A DNA stretch of 64,000 nucleotides from Stegostoma tigrinum. Lineage: Eukaryota. The translations under genes were made by a program, and so were the position numbers. Below are positions 13,871 through 27,814 of this stretch, one piece after another (the first letter of the stretch is position 1; each line of letters opens with the position of its first letter). Location of the stretch: NCBI RefSeq assembly GCF_030684315.1, contig NC_081391.1, forward strand, positions 4,554,048 through 4,618,047, read 5' to 3'. The notes beneath the pieces were generated by a model. That model made no database searches. It saw only the letters and a list, made by a program, of their open reading frames with translations, and was not told the origin of the DNA.

Positions 13871-14168
13871 NNNNNNNNNNNNNNNNNNNNNNNNNNNNNN
13901 NNNNNNNNNNNNNNNNNNNNNNNNNNNNNNNNNNNNNNNNNNNNNNNNNNNNNNNNNNNNNNNNNNNNNNNNNNNNNNNNNNNNNNNNNNNNNNNNNNNN
14001 NNNNNNNNNNNNNNNNNNNNNNNNNNNNNNNNNNNNNNNNNNNNNNNNNNNNNNNNNNNNNNNNNNNNNNNNNNNNNNNNNNNNNNNNNNNNNNNNNNNN
14101 NNNNNNNNNNNNNNNNNNNNNNNNNNNNNNNNNNNNNNNNNNNNNNNNNNNNNNNNNNNNNNNNNNNN
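13871..14168. other. Assembly gap (298 N)
   Basis: Run of n characters. Confidence 1.
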
Positions 14169-15500
14169 GTCATTAACCACCTGCATAGATCTCATGAAGG
14201 GGAAAGTAAAGGAGGAGGTTTGGATGGGGAAATGGGGCCTAAGAGTGGATGAATGATGTGGGGGCAAGATGGAAAGGGCTGAGTGAAGTGGGTGAAGGAG
14301 CATTGGTTATGATGGGGCTACACTGAGAGGCTGTGTAGGAAAGTGGAGCTAGGGAGTGGGTAAAGGAAGTGACCATCAGGATTGAAAAGGGGTATGTTAG
14401 AGCAGGATGGGGTGGGGTAGGGTGAAACTGTGGGTTCGGGAAAGGAACCATCGGCCATGATGGGACACATTCCAGAGGGATTGAGGTCGAAAACCAGCTG
14501 GGAGCAGCTCAGGGCAGTACTATACATGCCATCTGAGGTTAGGCAGGGCTCTCTAGAGTAAGGATGAGGCACTTAGAATATTAATTTACCAACATACCTT
14601 TTCTGAATCCTTATGCGAAGCAAGACAAAGGTGGGCCTGAGGAATCTGGCTGGTCCCACTTGGCCAGTGGTGACAGTTGGCCGTTTATGGTCTATGTGTT
14701 GGTCACCTGATATGGACCTAACCATCTGTGCTTCTCTATGAACAGTTAACCTTTAAGGAGGTTAACCTGCTTTTGTGCAATATAGCTGGATTGGGATCAT
14801 TAATCATGCTTGCAGTGAATAGCGCAATCTTCAAAGTTTTAATGTAAAACATTTTAAAAAGGCAAAAGCTCATGTTTCAGCCTGAACGTTGACTTTTCTG
14901 CTCCTCAGATGCTGTCTGACCTGCTGCGCTTTTCCAGCCTCACACCTATAGACTATGTAGTTATTAGTTGTGGGAACTCTATGAGGAGCTGTAATTCATC
15001 TACCAGGAAAGCCAACGTCATATCAAGTGTTCTGGTGAACCATATGTTGGCCAACCACATGTCCACAGGTTGGCTCCCCTACTCTTCCTGTGAAGGGTCA
15101 CAGGTTTGAAAAGTGCTATTTAAGAGCTTTGGTGAGTTACCACTTTGCATCTTGTGGATGGTACACAGTACTGCCCCTGTGCCTTGGCAGTGGAGAGATA
15201 GATACTGAAAATGATGGATGGGCTGGAGTCAGGTCTACAATTACGCATGCACTGCATTTTCGTGGATGTTATTGTGTCATGTTGGCAGATAGGCAAGCAA
15301 AGGAAATAGGAGATAGAATACTCACTGCAGAATTCCCGTGTTCTTGTAATCATAGTCTTTAAATTGCTTGTCCAGTACAGCGTTTGGTCAGTGGTGCTAG
15401 TATACCAAAATGTTGACACTGCTGAATATGGTCTGCTAATAATTCCCAATAATAAATCTAAGTGATATTGAGGTGTAAAATTCTGTTGCCTTTTTTTCAG

Positions 15501-15575
15501 TTGGACTACAGATTTTCCTCACAAGATCAGAATTCCCATACAGGATATGCACAGTCCAGCCCAAAAAGAGACAAG
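15501..15575 (+). CDS. Candidate phase-0 exon (75 nt) of unidentified plus-strand gene: LDYRFSSQDQNSHTGYAQSSPKRDK
   Basis: Strong acceptor ttgcctttttttcag, donor AAG|gtcagt, open frame. Shares xD.RFS...NS...QSS...DK with the 84-nt exons. Confidence 0.65.
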
Positions 15576-16069
15576 GTCAGTACTTTATCATTGAGATATA
15601 CCTGGTGGAAACATTGGGAATCATCGAATCACAGCGTACAAGGAGGCCACTCAGCCTGTTGTGCCCTTTACTCTCTGTTCTTGTTATTTACAAAGACAAC
15701 TAGCTAGTTCTCAGTCTTAACTTCTCCCTGTAACGCTGCAACTTTTTATTCTCTTAAGGTAATTATCCAATTCCCTTTTGAAAGCCACCTTGGAACCTGC
15801 CTTTCCCTACGTTGTTAGGCAGTGCCCTCCAAATGATAACTATTTGCTGTATAAAAGTATTTTTCTTCATTTTGCTGTTGTATCTTTTCCCAATCAAATG
15901 TGGCACCAATGAGAACAGTTTCTCCCTGTCAATTTTGATCAAGCCTTCATGGTTTTGAACATCAAAATGAAATCTCCTCACAGTCTTCAGTTTTCTGAAG
16001 GAAACAGTTGCAGCTTCTCCAATCTTTCTCCATTGCTGGTGTCCCTCATCCCTGGCACTATGCTCATAT

Positions 16070-18885
16070 ATAAGACATAAGACATAGGATTGGAAGTAAG
16101 GCCATTCGGCCCATCAAGTCCACTCCGCCATTTAAATCATGGCTGATGGGCATTTCAACTCCACTTCCCTGCACTCTCCCTGTGGCCCTTGATTCCTTCT
16201 GGGATCAAGAATTTGTCGATCTCTGCCTTGAAGGCATCCAACGTCCCGGCCTCCACTGCACTCCGTGGCAATTAATTCCACAAGCCCACCACTCTGGCTG
16301 AAGAAAATTCGCATCATTTCCGTTTTAAATTTACCCCCTCTAATTTTAAGGCTGTGCCCACGGGTCCTAGTCTCCCCCCCAATGGAAACAACTTCCTAGC
16401 GTCCACCCCTTCTAAACCATACATTATCTTGTAAGTTTCTATTAGATCTCCCCTAAACCTTCTAAACTCTAATGAGTACAATCCCAGGATCCTTAGCCGT
16501 TCACCATACGTTAAACCTACCATTCCAGGGATCATCTGTGTGAATCTCTGCTGGACACGCTGGAGGGTTAGTATGTCTTTCCTGAGGTGTGGGGCCCAAA
16601 ATTGGACACACTATTCTAAATGGGGCCTAACTAGAGCTTTATAAAGCCTCAGAAGCACATCGCTGCTTTTATATTCCAACCCTCTTGAGATAAACGACAA
16701 CGTTACATTCGCTTTCTTAATTACAGACTCTACCTGCAAGTTAACCTTTACAGAATCCTGGACCAACACTCCCAGATCCCTTTGTACTTCTGCTTTGTGA
16801 ATTTTCTCACCATTTAGAAAATAGTCCATGCCTGTATTCTTTTATCCAAAGTGCAAAACCTCACATTCACTCACATTGAATTTCATCAGCCATTTCCTGG
16901 ACCACTCTCCTAAACTGTCTAAATCTTTCTGCAGCTTCCCCACCTCCTCAGTACTACCTGCCTGTCCACCTATCTTTGTATCATTGCCAATCTTCGCCAG
17001 AATGCTCCCAGTCCCTTTATCCAGATCACTAATGTATAAGGTGAACAGCTGCGGCCCCAACACTGAACCCTGCGGGACACCACTCGTCACCGGTTGCCAT
17101 TCTGAAACAGAGGCTTTTATCTCAACTCTCTGCCTTCTGTTAGACAGCCAATCCTCAATCCAAGCCAGAGCTCACCTCGAACACCATGGGCCCTCACCTT
17201 GCACAGCAGCCTCCCGTGAAGCACCGTATCAAAGGTCTTTTGGAAGTCTAGGTAGATAACATCTACTGGGTTTCCCTGGTCTAACATACTTGTTACCTCT
17301 TCAAAGAATTCCAACAGGTTTGTCAGGCACAGCCTCCCCTTATTAAATCCAATGTGACTTGTTCTAATCTAACCCTGCACTTCCAGGAATTTAGAAATCT
17401 CATCCTTGACAATGGATTCAAGAATTTTACCAACTACCGAGGTTAGGCTAATTGGCCTATAATTTTCCATCTTTTGCCTTGATCCTTTCTTAAACAAGGG
17501 GCTTACAACGGCAATTTTCCAATCATCTGGGACTTTCCCAGACTCTAGTGACTTTTGAAAGATCACGACCAAAGCCTCCGCTAGTTACTCAGCCACCTCC
17601 CTCAGAACTCTAGGATGTTGCCCATCGGGGCCAGGAAATTTATCAATTTTTAGACCTTATAGCTTTTCTAGCACTTTCTCTTTTGTAATATCTACCATAC
17701 TCAACTCTGCCCCCTGACTCTCCCTAATTGTTGGCATACTACCCATGTCTTCCACTGTGAAGACTGACGCAAAGTATTTATTAAGTTCTTCAGCTATTTC
17801 CTTATCTCCCATCACTAGCCTTCCAGCATCAGTTTGGAGCGGCCCAATATCTACTTTTGCCTCTCGTTTGTTTCTTATGTATTGAAAAAAGCTTTTACTA
17901 TCATTTCTAATATTACTGGCTAGCCTACCTTCATATTTGATCCTCTCCTTCCTTATTGCTCTCTTTATTATCCTCTGTTTGTTTTTGTAGCCTTCCCAAT
18001 CTTCTGATTTCCCAGTGCTCTTGGCCACTTTATAGGCTGTCTCTTTTTCTTTGATATATTTCCAGACTTCCTTTGTCAGCCATGGCTGTCTAATCCCACT
18101 CCGGATAATCTTTCTTTCCTTTGGGATGAACCTCTGTACTGTGTCCTCAATTACACCCAGAAACTCCTGCCATTGTTGCTGTACTGTCTTCCCCGCTAGG
18201 CTCTGCTTCCAGTCGATTTTCGCCAATTCCTCTCTCATGCCCCTGTAATTACCTTTATTTAACTGTAATAGCATTACATCCGATTTTGCCTTCTCTCTTT
18301 CAAACTGCAGACTGAACTCTACCATATTATGATTGCTGCCTCCTAAGTGTTCCCTTACTTTGAGGTCTTTTATAAAGTCTGGTTCATTACATAGCACTAA
18401 GTCCAGAATAGCCTGCTCCCTTGTGGGCTCCATCACAAGCTGTTCCAAAAAGCCATCCTGTAAGCATTCCATGAAATCCTTTTCTTCGGATCCACTGGCA
18501 ACATTATTCACCCAATCCACCTGCCTATTGAAGTCCCCCATGATCACCGCGACCTTGCCTTTCTGACATGCCCTATCTATTTCTTGGTGCATCTTGCACC
18601 CCTGGTCCTGATCATTGTTAGGAGGTCTGTACATAACTCCCATTATAGTTTTTTTGCCTTTGTGGTTCCTCAATTCCACCCACACAGACTCCACATCTTC
18701 TGACCCTATGTCATTCAGTGCCGAAGATTTAATTCCATTCTTAACTAACAAGGCAAACCCACCCCCTCTGCCCACCTCTCTGTCTTTTTGATATGTTGTG
18801 AATCCTTGGATGTTTAACTGCTAGTCCTGAACTCCCTGCAACCATGACTCTGTGATGCCTACCACATCATAATCATTCAAGAGGA
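16070..18885 (-). mobile_element. CR1-type LINE ORF2 (APE endonuclease + RT), 5'-truncated, frameshifted
   Basis: ORF 17657-18775 has GVMYRPPN, IMGDFN, PTREQAILDLVL. RT fragments ENYRPISLTSVVGKILE, YLDFQKTFDTV, SGVPQGSVLGPQLF. 3' tail of TCTTATG-like repeats. Confidence 0.92.
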
Positions 18886-20890
18886 TCTTTTTTCCACGAT
18901 CCTTGGATCTTTACTGCCTGGAAAAGGTTATAAGCTCTAGTTGAGGCCAAATCAGTATTTTATGAATGTTCATCATTTCCATGGCTAATGTACTATATGC
19001 TTCTACGGCATCTAAATCTCAAGATCCAAATGCCACTGTAACTACTTTCTCAACCTGCCCTGCCACCTTCAGTAATTGCATACGCATATTGCTAGGTCAC
19101 ATTGAGGGCTCTTTCAGTGCAGTGGTATTGTCCCTACCTTTGAGCCATTCAGCCCAGCTTTCAAATCCCACATGCTAATGTGCATTTTCACACCTCTTAA
19201 CATGTCAATTAAAAATACATCATCACAGGAAGTGATATAATGTCACATGATCTTTAATGAGCAGTTGTAATGTCATGTTCCTACCTCTGGGCTGGAAGGT
19301 CTGAGTTCAGTATCCACTTGCTCCAGATGTTTGTCATAAATTGTCCAAACAGGTTGACTCAAAATATCTACCCCACGTTTCTCTGCTTCTTCACCTTCTT
19401 AAGAAATTGTATCCTTTGTTTTATGTTCTAACTCCTCTTACACCCCCCACAATAAGTCACTCCCACCTTATCAGCACTAAATTTAATCTGCAACATTGCA
19501 TCAATTAATCAATGCTGCCTTGAAGTATAACACAGTGTCTCCTCATGGTTCATAGTATTTCCAGATATCCAGGTCATAAGCACTGAACAAGTAAAGCCGT
19601 GGTCCTTTTTCTAGGCATCACAACAGGGAGAGCCTCATCATGTATCTTCACAGAGTAATTTGTCACCACAATTGGCTGTTTTCTGTTTTCACATGCAACC
19701 CTATTTATGCTGCCACCTCTTTTATCCCAAGGATTTCAGTGTTACTAATAGGTCTGTGTGTGTCACATTAACAAGCCTATCTGTAACTTTACCAATAAAA
19801 AACTTAAGTCAGTTAATCATGTTGTCTTTACTAAATTCATGTTGGCTTTCCCTAATTGATTTACACTTGTCCATGTGACTGTTAATGCTGTCTGTGATTA
19901 CAGCTTCTAAAATCTTTCTCACTGACCGGTTAAACTAACTGTTCTGTACTTGCTGGGCTTATCCTTATACTCTGTTGGAGCAAAAACATTTGTAATTCTC
20001 TAGTCTTTTGGCACCACTTCCGTATCTAAGGATGAATTGGAAGGTTGTATCCAGTGCGCCTGTTATTTTCATTTTTATTTCTCTCAATGACCTAATGCAT
20101 TTCATCTGGCCCTGGTACATAATTAGATTTCAGTACAGCCTATGTTTCTACTAATTCTGTTTATCAAATTTTAGCTATTTCAGTGTCTCAAATACCTTCT
20201 TTTTCACTATGACTTTGGTGATGTCTTCTTCCTTGGTGAAGATAGATGCAAAGTAATCATTTTATACTCAACGTATACCATCCACATACAGGAGTTGGAC
20301 GTCTTTTTGGTCCCTAATCAGCCATACCCTTTCTCATACTGTTTTCCCAGAGACAGAACAGTTCCTGCAATATGAGTACTACAAAAACAGGAGGAGGACT
20401 GTGGTGCAGTGATAGTAACCCTACATCTGGGCCAGAAAGTCTAGGTTCCAGTTCTAACTGTGCTGGAGATGTGCCATTCCATGCCTGAATAACTTGATTA
20501 AAAATAGCTACTACAAAAGCAAGGGAGAGGCAGGAAATTCTGAGATGAGTAACTCACATTTTAGACCCCCCGACCAGTAACAAACCTGTCCACCATCTGA
20601 GAGGCACAAGTCAATAGTGTGATAGAATGCTGTTGATTTGTCTAAGATGAGTGTGGCTTTAATAGCATGCAACATCAGTCTGGAACAAAGTTGCCTAATT
20701 GGTACCTTGTCCACCAACGTAAATACTCCTCCCTTCTGCCACAATCACGTTAATGAGTCAGTGTGCACTGTTTACAAGATGCACTGAACAACTCATCCAA
20801 ATTTCTTTGGCAGTGCCCCCTGTCCCAAACCCATGATTTCCATCATCTGGAAAGACAAGGCCAGCATGGGGAATAACTCCTCCTCCCCCG

Positions 20891-20891
<1 letters not shown>

Positions 20892-20962
<71 letters not shown>
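20892..20962. repeat. (CA)n microsatellite
   Basis: Perfect CA run of about 70 bp. Confidence 0.98.
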
Positions 20963-20964
<2 letters not shown>

Positions 20965-23900
20965 CCCCTCTGGTCTCAGCCTAACAGCATCGTGCTGTAC
21001 TTATGCATGCGAAACGAGAAACTAAACTTCACTATCTCAAAGACAACTAGGGATGGGTAATAAACTAATTACTCCCATATCTTCACAATGAATACAACAA
21101 AATACATTGAGAAGCAGGCAGTTCATTATTCATTTGTATTTAACTTCAGTTGCAGAAATAGTTGAAAATCTTATACTATGATTGAATATAATGAGAAGTA
21201 AGCTTGCCTCCATCTGTCATTCAGGTAGATATAATTTTCTGTCCACTTGAAGAACAGAACTCTTACACTGGATATGTCAGCGCTTATTCCAGAACTGATA
21301 GGGTCAGTATTTTCACTTTATTTCCTATTTTAAATGAGCCTATTTAAGAAATAAAAGACTTGCATTTATATAGTGCTTTAACATACCTCAGCACATTTTA
21401 AAGCACCTTATGCCTGGTGAAATATGCTTGGTACATAACAACTATTGTGATAAATGTGGTGGCAGACTCCCATAAACTGCAAGATGATATGGGCTTTTGG
21501 ATGTTAATTGAGGGAGAAATATTGACCAAGGCATTGTAGTGTCCACATGAGATGACAGATACTAAGGCTGCTTCTGCCCTCCAGGTGAACATTTCATTCA
21601 AAAGACAGCCCCTGTGACAGTAGGAAAGAAATGACAGTGGGAATGTCATTAGGCGGGTTATTGTTCTGGGCTAATGGGTTCAAATCCTAGTAGCTGGTAG
21701 AGTTTGAACTCGAGAAAAAAAACTATGGAATTTAAATAAAAGGTAATTGCTCGTGTAACAATTCTCATTAAAAACCCATCTGCTTTACCATTGATGTCTA
21801 GGGATGGTAATCTGCCATCCCATTTCTGACTCCAGATCCTCAGCAATGCTGTTGACAGTTAACTGCTCTGAGGACAATTATGGATGGGCAAAAATCATCC
21901 ATGAAAATGTTTTAAAATGTCCAGTGCTGTGCTGCCAAAGTGCAAACAGGTATATCGTACTCAAGTCTCTGGAATGGAACAGTCTGAACTCTGAGCTATG
22001 ACTAATACTAATTGTTGGATAAATGAACATGCAAGAACAACTAAATTAAAACCATTATTATGATGAAATGGAGTGAATTCAGAATCCTGATCAGTATAGT
22101 TGGGCAGTTTAGTGTGTCCCTCTATGAAGGAGAGTTTTGCCTTTTATTATCTGCTTTTTGGTGTGTTGGTTAGATGTACCTTAAAGCTGTTTGACTGCAT
22201 AGGGCATTGCATCCCTGACTGATCCTGTACTTCCCATATTTACAGCAGGATAGTGATCAGAAGTAAGGGACCTAATTATTTCATACTCTTCATTGAATAA
22301 TTCTATCTTTCCTGTAACCCTTGAATTGGCTGAATTCTTCTAATTTGTCACCCAATAAGATGAAATCTTTCTGTTCACAATGGTTCTCTTCTGTATTGCC
22401 TGACTAGTTGCATTGTAGTCAGGCTGTACAGAACTGAACCTATCTGTTTTTGAAGCCCTTGATGTCCTGCTTGCTTTCATGATTGGACTACCCTATGCAT
22501 TTCTGAAAAGCTTTCTTCCTTCTACTTGTCATAAAATGAAGCTCATCCAAAACTCTGCTGCTGGTATTTTAACTCTCACCAAGCCTTGTTTATTCATCCA
22601 CACCCCGTCCCCATGCTTACTGACTCCTGGTCCAGCAATGCTTCACATTTAAAGCTTTCATCCTTGTTTTCAAATTCGTCCATGGCTTGAGAGCAAGCCA
22701 GGAGGAAAATTTACAATATTGCAGAGACTTACTCATGAAGTGATGTTGTCATAATGTCACTCGTCGAGTAATCTAGAAACACAGGCAAGTCCTCTGGGGA
22801 TGTTAAATCACATCCCATGTGGCAGCCAGCAGAATTTAAAATTCTGTTCATAAATTCTGAATCAATAATTTGATTATTTAATGTGACCATGAAATTATGT
22901 TTTTAAAATAAATCTGGTTCATTAATGCCCTTTAGGGTAGGAAATCTGCAATCTTTATCCAATCTGACCTATATATGACTCCAGAACCATGGCAATGGAG
23001 TTGACTCTTAATGCCTGTAACAGTGTGAAATGGCAACAAATATTTGCCTTGCCAGGGATGCAGACATCCAGTGAAAGAAATTAAGTGCAATATTCTCCTA
23101 TTTATTATCCTTTGTACTAGACCTGACAAAGTGTCTAATCAAATAGAGTTGTGTGGCCCACAACCATGTTTCAGTACTCCCCAAATGACATTCTCAGGGG
23201 GTACCAAACTTGATCTGGTTTTCCTGAGAATTGTCAATTGTGGCTGATTCTATTCCTGGAAGTTCCACTGCATGGCCTAGCACCCTCTGACCTCCTGCCC
23301 TCATGCTCCCTCCTATCCCCACTGGCCGTCCATTCTCAGGACGCAGCACCTTCCCAGCCAATTGGAAAGCCAGAAATTTTTGCTTGATTAGTTCATACTT
23401 AACTTTCAGTCAAAATGCCCTTGTCTTTCCCAACCCCCAATGTTTTTATGACCGACAAACAAAAGTGTTGTAATCAAATTACTATTTTTGATGTGACACC
23501 TACCCACCTCTTTGCAGTACTCTCCTGAAGGTTAATTTCATATTGCTGGACAGAGTGGGCATCCTTCAGCGTTGGCGACCTGTATTCTCATGTAGCATAG
23601 TCATTTTTCAACAAGACTTGCAATGTCATTCTGGCTGAATGATCCCTACCTTCCCAGTCTATTGATGTAGTAATATCACTGATTTATTTGGTTTGTGTGT
23701 TCACTCCTTAAGTTTTTTGGAAACATATTCCTTGTGAGTAACTTCAGATCCTGTTCATAACATTTTTCACAACTTGCCTTACAATGTACATAGATATTTC
23801 TTCTGGGCTGAGGTTTAGTTAATCTAGAGACTGTCCTGGGTGGATTTCTTGAGGATCTGGTTTGCATTTTCACAGGTTAGCCATGTCTCTGTGCTGTGGA

Positions 23901-24617
23901 CATTTCCAAGCAGATTCCCAGCAGTGTATCGCAATACGTCCTCCCGTATAATTCACCAGACTGTGCAAGTGTATTGTTATTTGACAGGGGATCTCACCAC
24001 TGCTCATCATCTTATAATGTTGTATGCCAGCACTGCTAACATATTATGGGTAAATTCTGTGCCACCAGTCCGTTTTACTGATTTTTGTCGCGTTACTAAT
24101 GCTTTGTAGGACAGAATTCCCACATAATACCTTAGGCAGAATATAGGCTTTGTCTTGGGCAGACAGTAAAGTTTCTTACATACTGCCTAGCGGCTATATA
24201 CATTACATCAGAGATGTGCACAGCAGAGTCACTTGGTATGTGGAGAACTGATACAGCACTCTGAAGAATTAGAGAACTGGTTAGCTCCTCCCCGGAAGAG
24301 TCCTTTATATCCTTGAGCTTAGGCAGGATATTGTTAACTTGTTCAGATCCTAATTGCCTTTTATAATACATACCTCTCCACACAGTACCAGTGTATCTCT
24401 CCACGCTTTCCAGTGTGTTATACCACACAGTGCCAGTGTGTTACACCATATTTTACCACCATATCACATTGGGCTGTCCCACCGTAGCTTACTAGCCTAT
24501 ACCACTATATCTCACTGGTCTGTTCCCATGTTCTTCATTGCACCGTGTCTGTGCACCTCCTCGCTCAGTATATCTCACCCTGTCTTACAACTATATATGC
24601 TTCTTGTTTTATTGCAG

Positions 24618-24701
24618 ACTGACAGAGGGTTCTGAGGTAGAAACTTCTGAAACTCACTGAAGAGAGATATCCATCTCCAGACTAATGATAACTGTGATAA
24701 G
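24618..24701 (+). pseudogene. Inactivated copy of the 84-nt repeat exon (pseudo-exon): TDRGF*GRNF*NSLKRDIHLQTNDNCDK
   Basis: Acceptor ttgcag is kept and the copy aligns without gaps to 35869-35952. It has two in-frame TGA codons, and the donor reads AAG|gaagga instead of GT. Confidence 0.75.
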
Positions 24702-25219
24702 GAAGGACCTTGGGATGTGGGTGACATTGACAAGTCTGTATTGACTATCTGTCAACAGTTAACCTGAGGAAGTGGATCTGTTTCTTTATGAAACATTGTA
24801 CTCCATGTGTTGCATGGGCGGAGATGGTGTTATAGTGACTGGAACTCTGGAGACTCATAGCTAACACTTTGGGACGCTGGTTCAAATCCCATGATTGCAA
24901 CTCAAATATTTTAAATGCTATCAGTAAATCTGAAATATAAAGCCAGTCTCAGTAATGGTGACCATGACAACTGTCACCAGTTGTAAGAAGGTTCATTAAT
25001 GTCTCTTTAGGCAAGGCAATCTGCCATCCTTACCCGGTTTGACCTACATCAGACTCCAGACCCACAACAATGTGGTTGACTTTGAATTGCACTCTGATAT
25101 CCCTGAGCAAGCCACTCAGATTAGATTCACATAGGAATGCGCAACAAATGCTAGCCTTGCCAGTGATTCACACATCCCATTGTGGCAATAAAATGTTATA
25201 CTAGCTGTGATGTTTGAAA

Positions 25220-25945
25220 GGTCTGTGGCGTTGGGGCTAATGTATTAGCATGGATAGAGGATTGGCTAACAAATAGAAGACAGAGTTTGAATAAGGGGGT
25301 TTTTTCAGGATTATAACCTGTGTGCCACTAGGATCAGTGGTCAGGTCACAATTATTGATCATATATTAATGACTTGGAAGAGGAAAGTGTATAGTTTTGC
25401 ATTTGCACAAAAATAGATGCAAAGTGAAGTTTGAGGATAACACAAAGAGTTTGCAGAGATATATGGACAGGTTAAATGAACAAGTAAGAATTTGGCAGAT
25501 GGAATATAATGTAGAAAATTTGAAGTTATGCACTTTTGTTGGAAGCATGGAAGAGCTGACTTGTATTTAAATGGTGAAAGACTGCAGAAAGCTAAAACAC
25601 AGTGGGATTTGACAGTCCTCAATCATGAATCACAAAAAGCTAGACCCAGGTTTAGCAGGTAATAGGGAAAGCAAATGGAGTGTTGAACTTTGTTTCAAAG
25701 GGAAGAGAGTATAAAACTAGGGATGGGTTGTTAAAATTATTCAAGGCACTCGTCAGATCGCAGCAAGAATACTTTTGGTCCCATTACCTAAGGAAAGATG
25801 TACTGACATTGAGGCAGTCCAGAGAAGGTATGCTAGTTTGATTCCAAGTATAGATAATATGTTTTTCAAAGAGGTTGGGTGGATCAGGTCTGTACTCAGT
25901 GGAGTTATAATAATGAGGTGACCATACTGAAACGTACAAGAAAGA
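25220..25945 (+). mobile_element. Decayed CR1-type LINE RT fragment
   Basis: Similar to the RT region of 16070-18885 in the opposite orientation (ATATTAATGACTTGGA, TGGCAGATGGAATATAATGTAG). Confidence 0.65.
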
Positions 25946-25962
25946 CTAGATCTTGGTCTGCT

Positions 25963-26540
25963 GTGATCTTGGACAGGTCAAGGAGGCGGGCTGAGGTTAG
26001 TGGATAGGGGCTGGGGGTACGGCTTGAGGTAGGAGGAAGGGTTAGGGAGGCAGGGACTAGCTGGGCTGGTTTTGGCATGTGGTCAGGGGAGGGGAGACTT
26101 TGAAGCTTGTGAAATCCACATTGATACCCTTGGGCTGCAGAGTTCCCAAGCAAAATATGAGATGCTGTTCCTGCATCTTTCAGGCAGCGTCATTGTGTCA
26201 ATGCAGGAGGCCCAGGATGGACATGTCGTCCAAGGAGTGGGGGGGAGAATTGAAATGGTTCGCGACTGGGAAGTGTAGTTGTTTGTTGCGAACAGAGTGT
26301 AGGTGTTGCACAAAGCAGTCCCCAAGACTTCGTTTGGTTTCCCCGAGGAAGCCACAATGGGAACAGCGGATGCAGTATATAACATTGACAGATGACCTGT
26401 CCGTTCTCCCTGGACTGACCTATCACCCTCTAACTCCCCACCTACATTCACCTTCACTGGCTGTACCCCGCCTCTTTGACCTCACCCTATCTTCTCCTTT
26501 ATCCATCTTCTATCCGCCTCCCCCTGTCTCCCTATTTAGC
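25963..26540 (-). mobile_element. Penelope-like GIY-YIG fragment (minus) joined to an inverted tail fragment (plus, ~26392-26540)
   Basis: Near copy of 9400-9830, followed by TGACCTGTCCGTTCTCCCTGGACTGACCTATC in the opposite orientation. Confidence 0.8.
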
Positions 26541-26544
26541 CCAA

Positions 26545-26697
26545 AGATGGGCAGGCTAGGTGGATTGGCGATGCTAAATTGCCCGTAGTGTTCAGGGGTG
26601 TGTGGGTTATAGGGGAATGGGCTGGGTGGGATGTTTCAGGGGGCGGTGTGGACTTGTTGGGCCAAAGGGCCTGTTTCCACACTGTAGGGAATCTAAT
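26545..26697 (+). mobile_element. HE1-like SINE 3' fragment
   Basis: GGATTGGCGATGCTAAATTGCCC...GGGCCTGTTTCCACACTGTAGGGAATCTAAT is homologous to the 3' half of 1396-1746. Confidence 0.7.
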
Positions 26698-26699
26698 AA

Positions 26700-27812
26700 T
26701 TCAGAGCGTAAATACTCTCAGATAGAGAAGGAAGGTTTGGCAGTAATAATTAGAGCCAGGAAGTTCTACCAGTATCTTTACAGATGTAAATTCCTAATAA
26801 TAACAGACCACAAAACCATGCTAGGTCTACTTAGAGAGGACAAGACAGTGCAGCCCATAACTTCAGCCTGAATTCAACAATAGGCTCAAATATTTAAATG
26901 TGTGTGATTACACATTGAACACTGTCTAGGAAGCCAAGTAGCAAATGCAGAATGCATTGAGCTGCCTCCTGCTGGCAGATACCTCACTGATAATACTGCC
27001 ACGGGAATAGTCCATAGTGGTTTTAAATTTTTTGGATACACTTCCTGTCGCAGCTGACAGTATCAGACTGTGGAGGTGGAAAGATTTAGCCCTGGCAAAA
27101 CTGAACCAGTTGGTGGTGATGGGGGAAGTCCAAAGAACCATCACAGCCAGAATGGAAATCTTTTTGAACCAGAAGAGATCAGATCGCAGTAGAGAATGAC
27201 ATATGATTATGAGGAGCAAGAGTGATTGTCCTGACCAAAGGATCACTGCCTGAAACTGGCTGAATTCCACCAGGATCATCCTGGGGATTCCAAAATGAAA
27301 ATGTTGGTGAGGAAATACGTCTGGTGGCTAGGATGGAATGCAGACATAGTCATGTTGGTAGGGCAGTACCCAGAGTGCCAACAAGGACAAAAGTTACCCC
27401 AGCAGCACCCCCACATTAGTGGAAATGGCTGGGTAAACCCTGGACTCGTTTATACATTGACTATACAGGTCATTTCATGAATTCAATGTTCTTAGTCATT
27501 GTGGACACCCACTCAAAGTGGATGGGTGTGCATAGAGTTCAGTCATCAAACATGGGGACAGTGATAGAAAAACTGCACACATTTTTTGCAATATGCAGAC
27601 TCCCGGAAATGTTGGTCAGAGATAACAGTCCATCATTTAACAGCAGGGAATTTGAGCACTTCCTAAAGTTAAATAGTATTTTTCATATAAGAACAACTCC
27701 ATACCATCCATCATCTAATGGTCTGCTTGAAAGAGCAGTCCAAATTTTGAAGGCAGCCCTAAAGAAACAGTCTACAGCTTCACTAGATACCAAACTGTCC
27801 GGGTTCTTATGT
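26700..27812 (+). mobile_element. Ty3/Gypsy LTR-retrotransposon pol remnant (RNase H + integrase)
   Basis: ERKYSQIEKEGLAVI...FLIITDHK (RNase H). H..HPG...MKMLVRKYVWW...ECQQ (degenerate HHCC). FLVIVDTHSKW...DNSPSF...TTPYHPSSNGLLERAVQILK (integrase core). Many stops; no LTRs seen. Confidence 0.88.
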
Positions 27813-27814
27813 GA

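Noticed and set aside
13695-14303. ORFs of 100-200 aa in the ORF track
   Set aside because: Artefacts of translating through the N gap.
17657-18775. Longest ORF (372 aa) as a host gene or active LINE
   Set aside because: It is the endonuclease/linker part of a 5'-truncated CR1 copy whose RT is broken by frameshifts.
20758-21060. CVCV/THTH ORFs (also at 60040-60422)
   Set aside because: Translations of CA/TG microsatellites.
24618-24701. In-frame TGA codons as selenocysteine or readthrough
   Set aside because: They align with Ser/Leu codons rather than Cys, and the donor site is also lost. Pseudogenisation is the simpler explanation.
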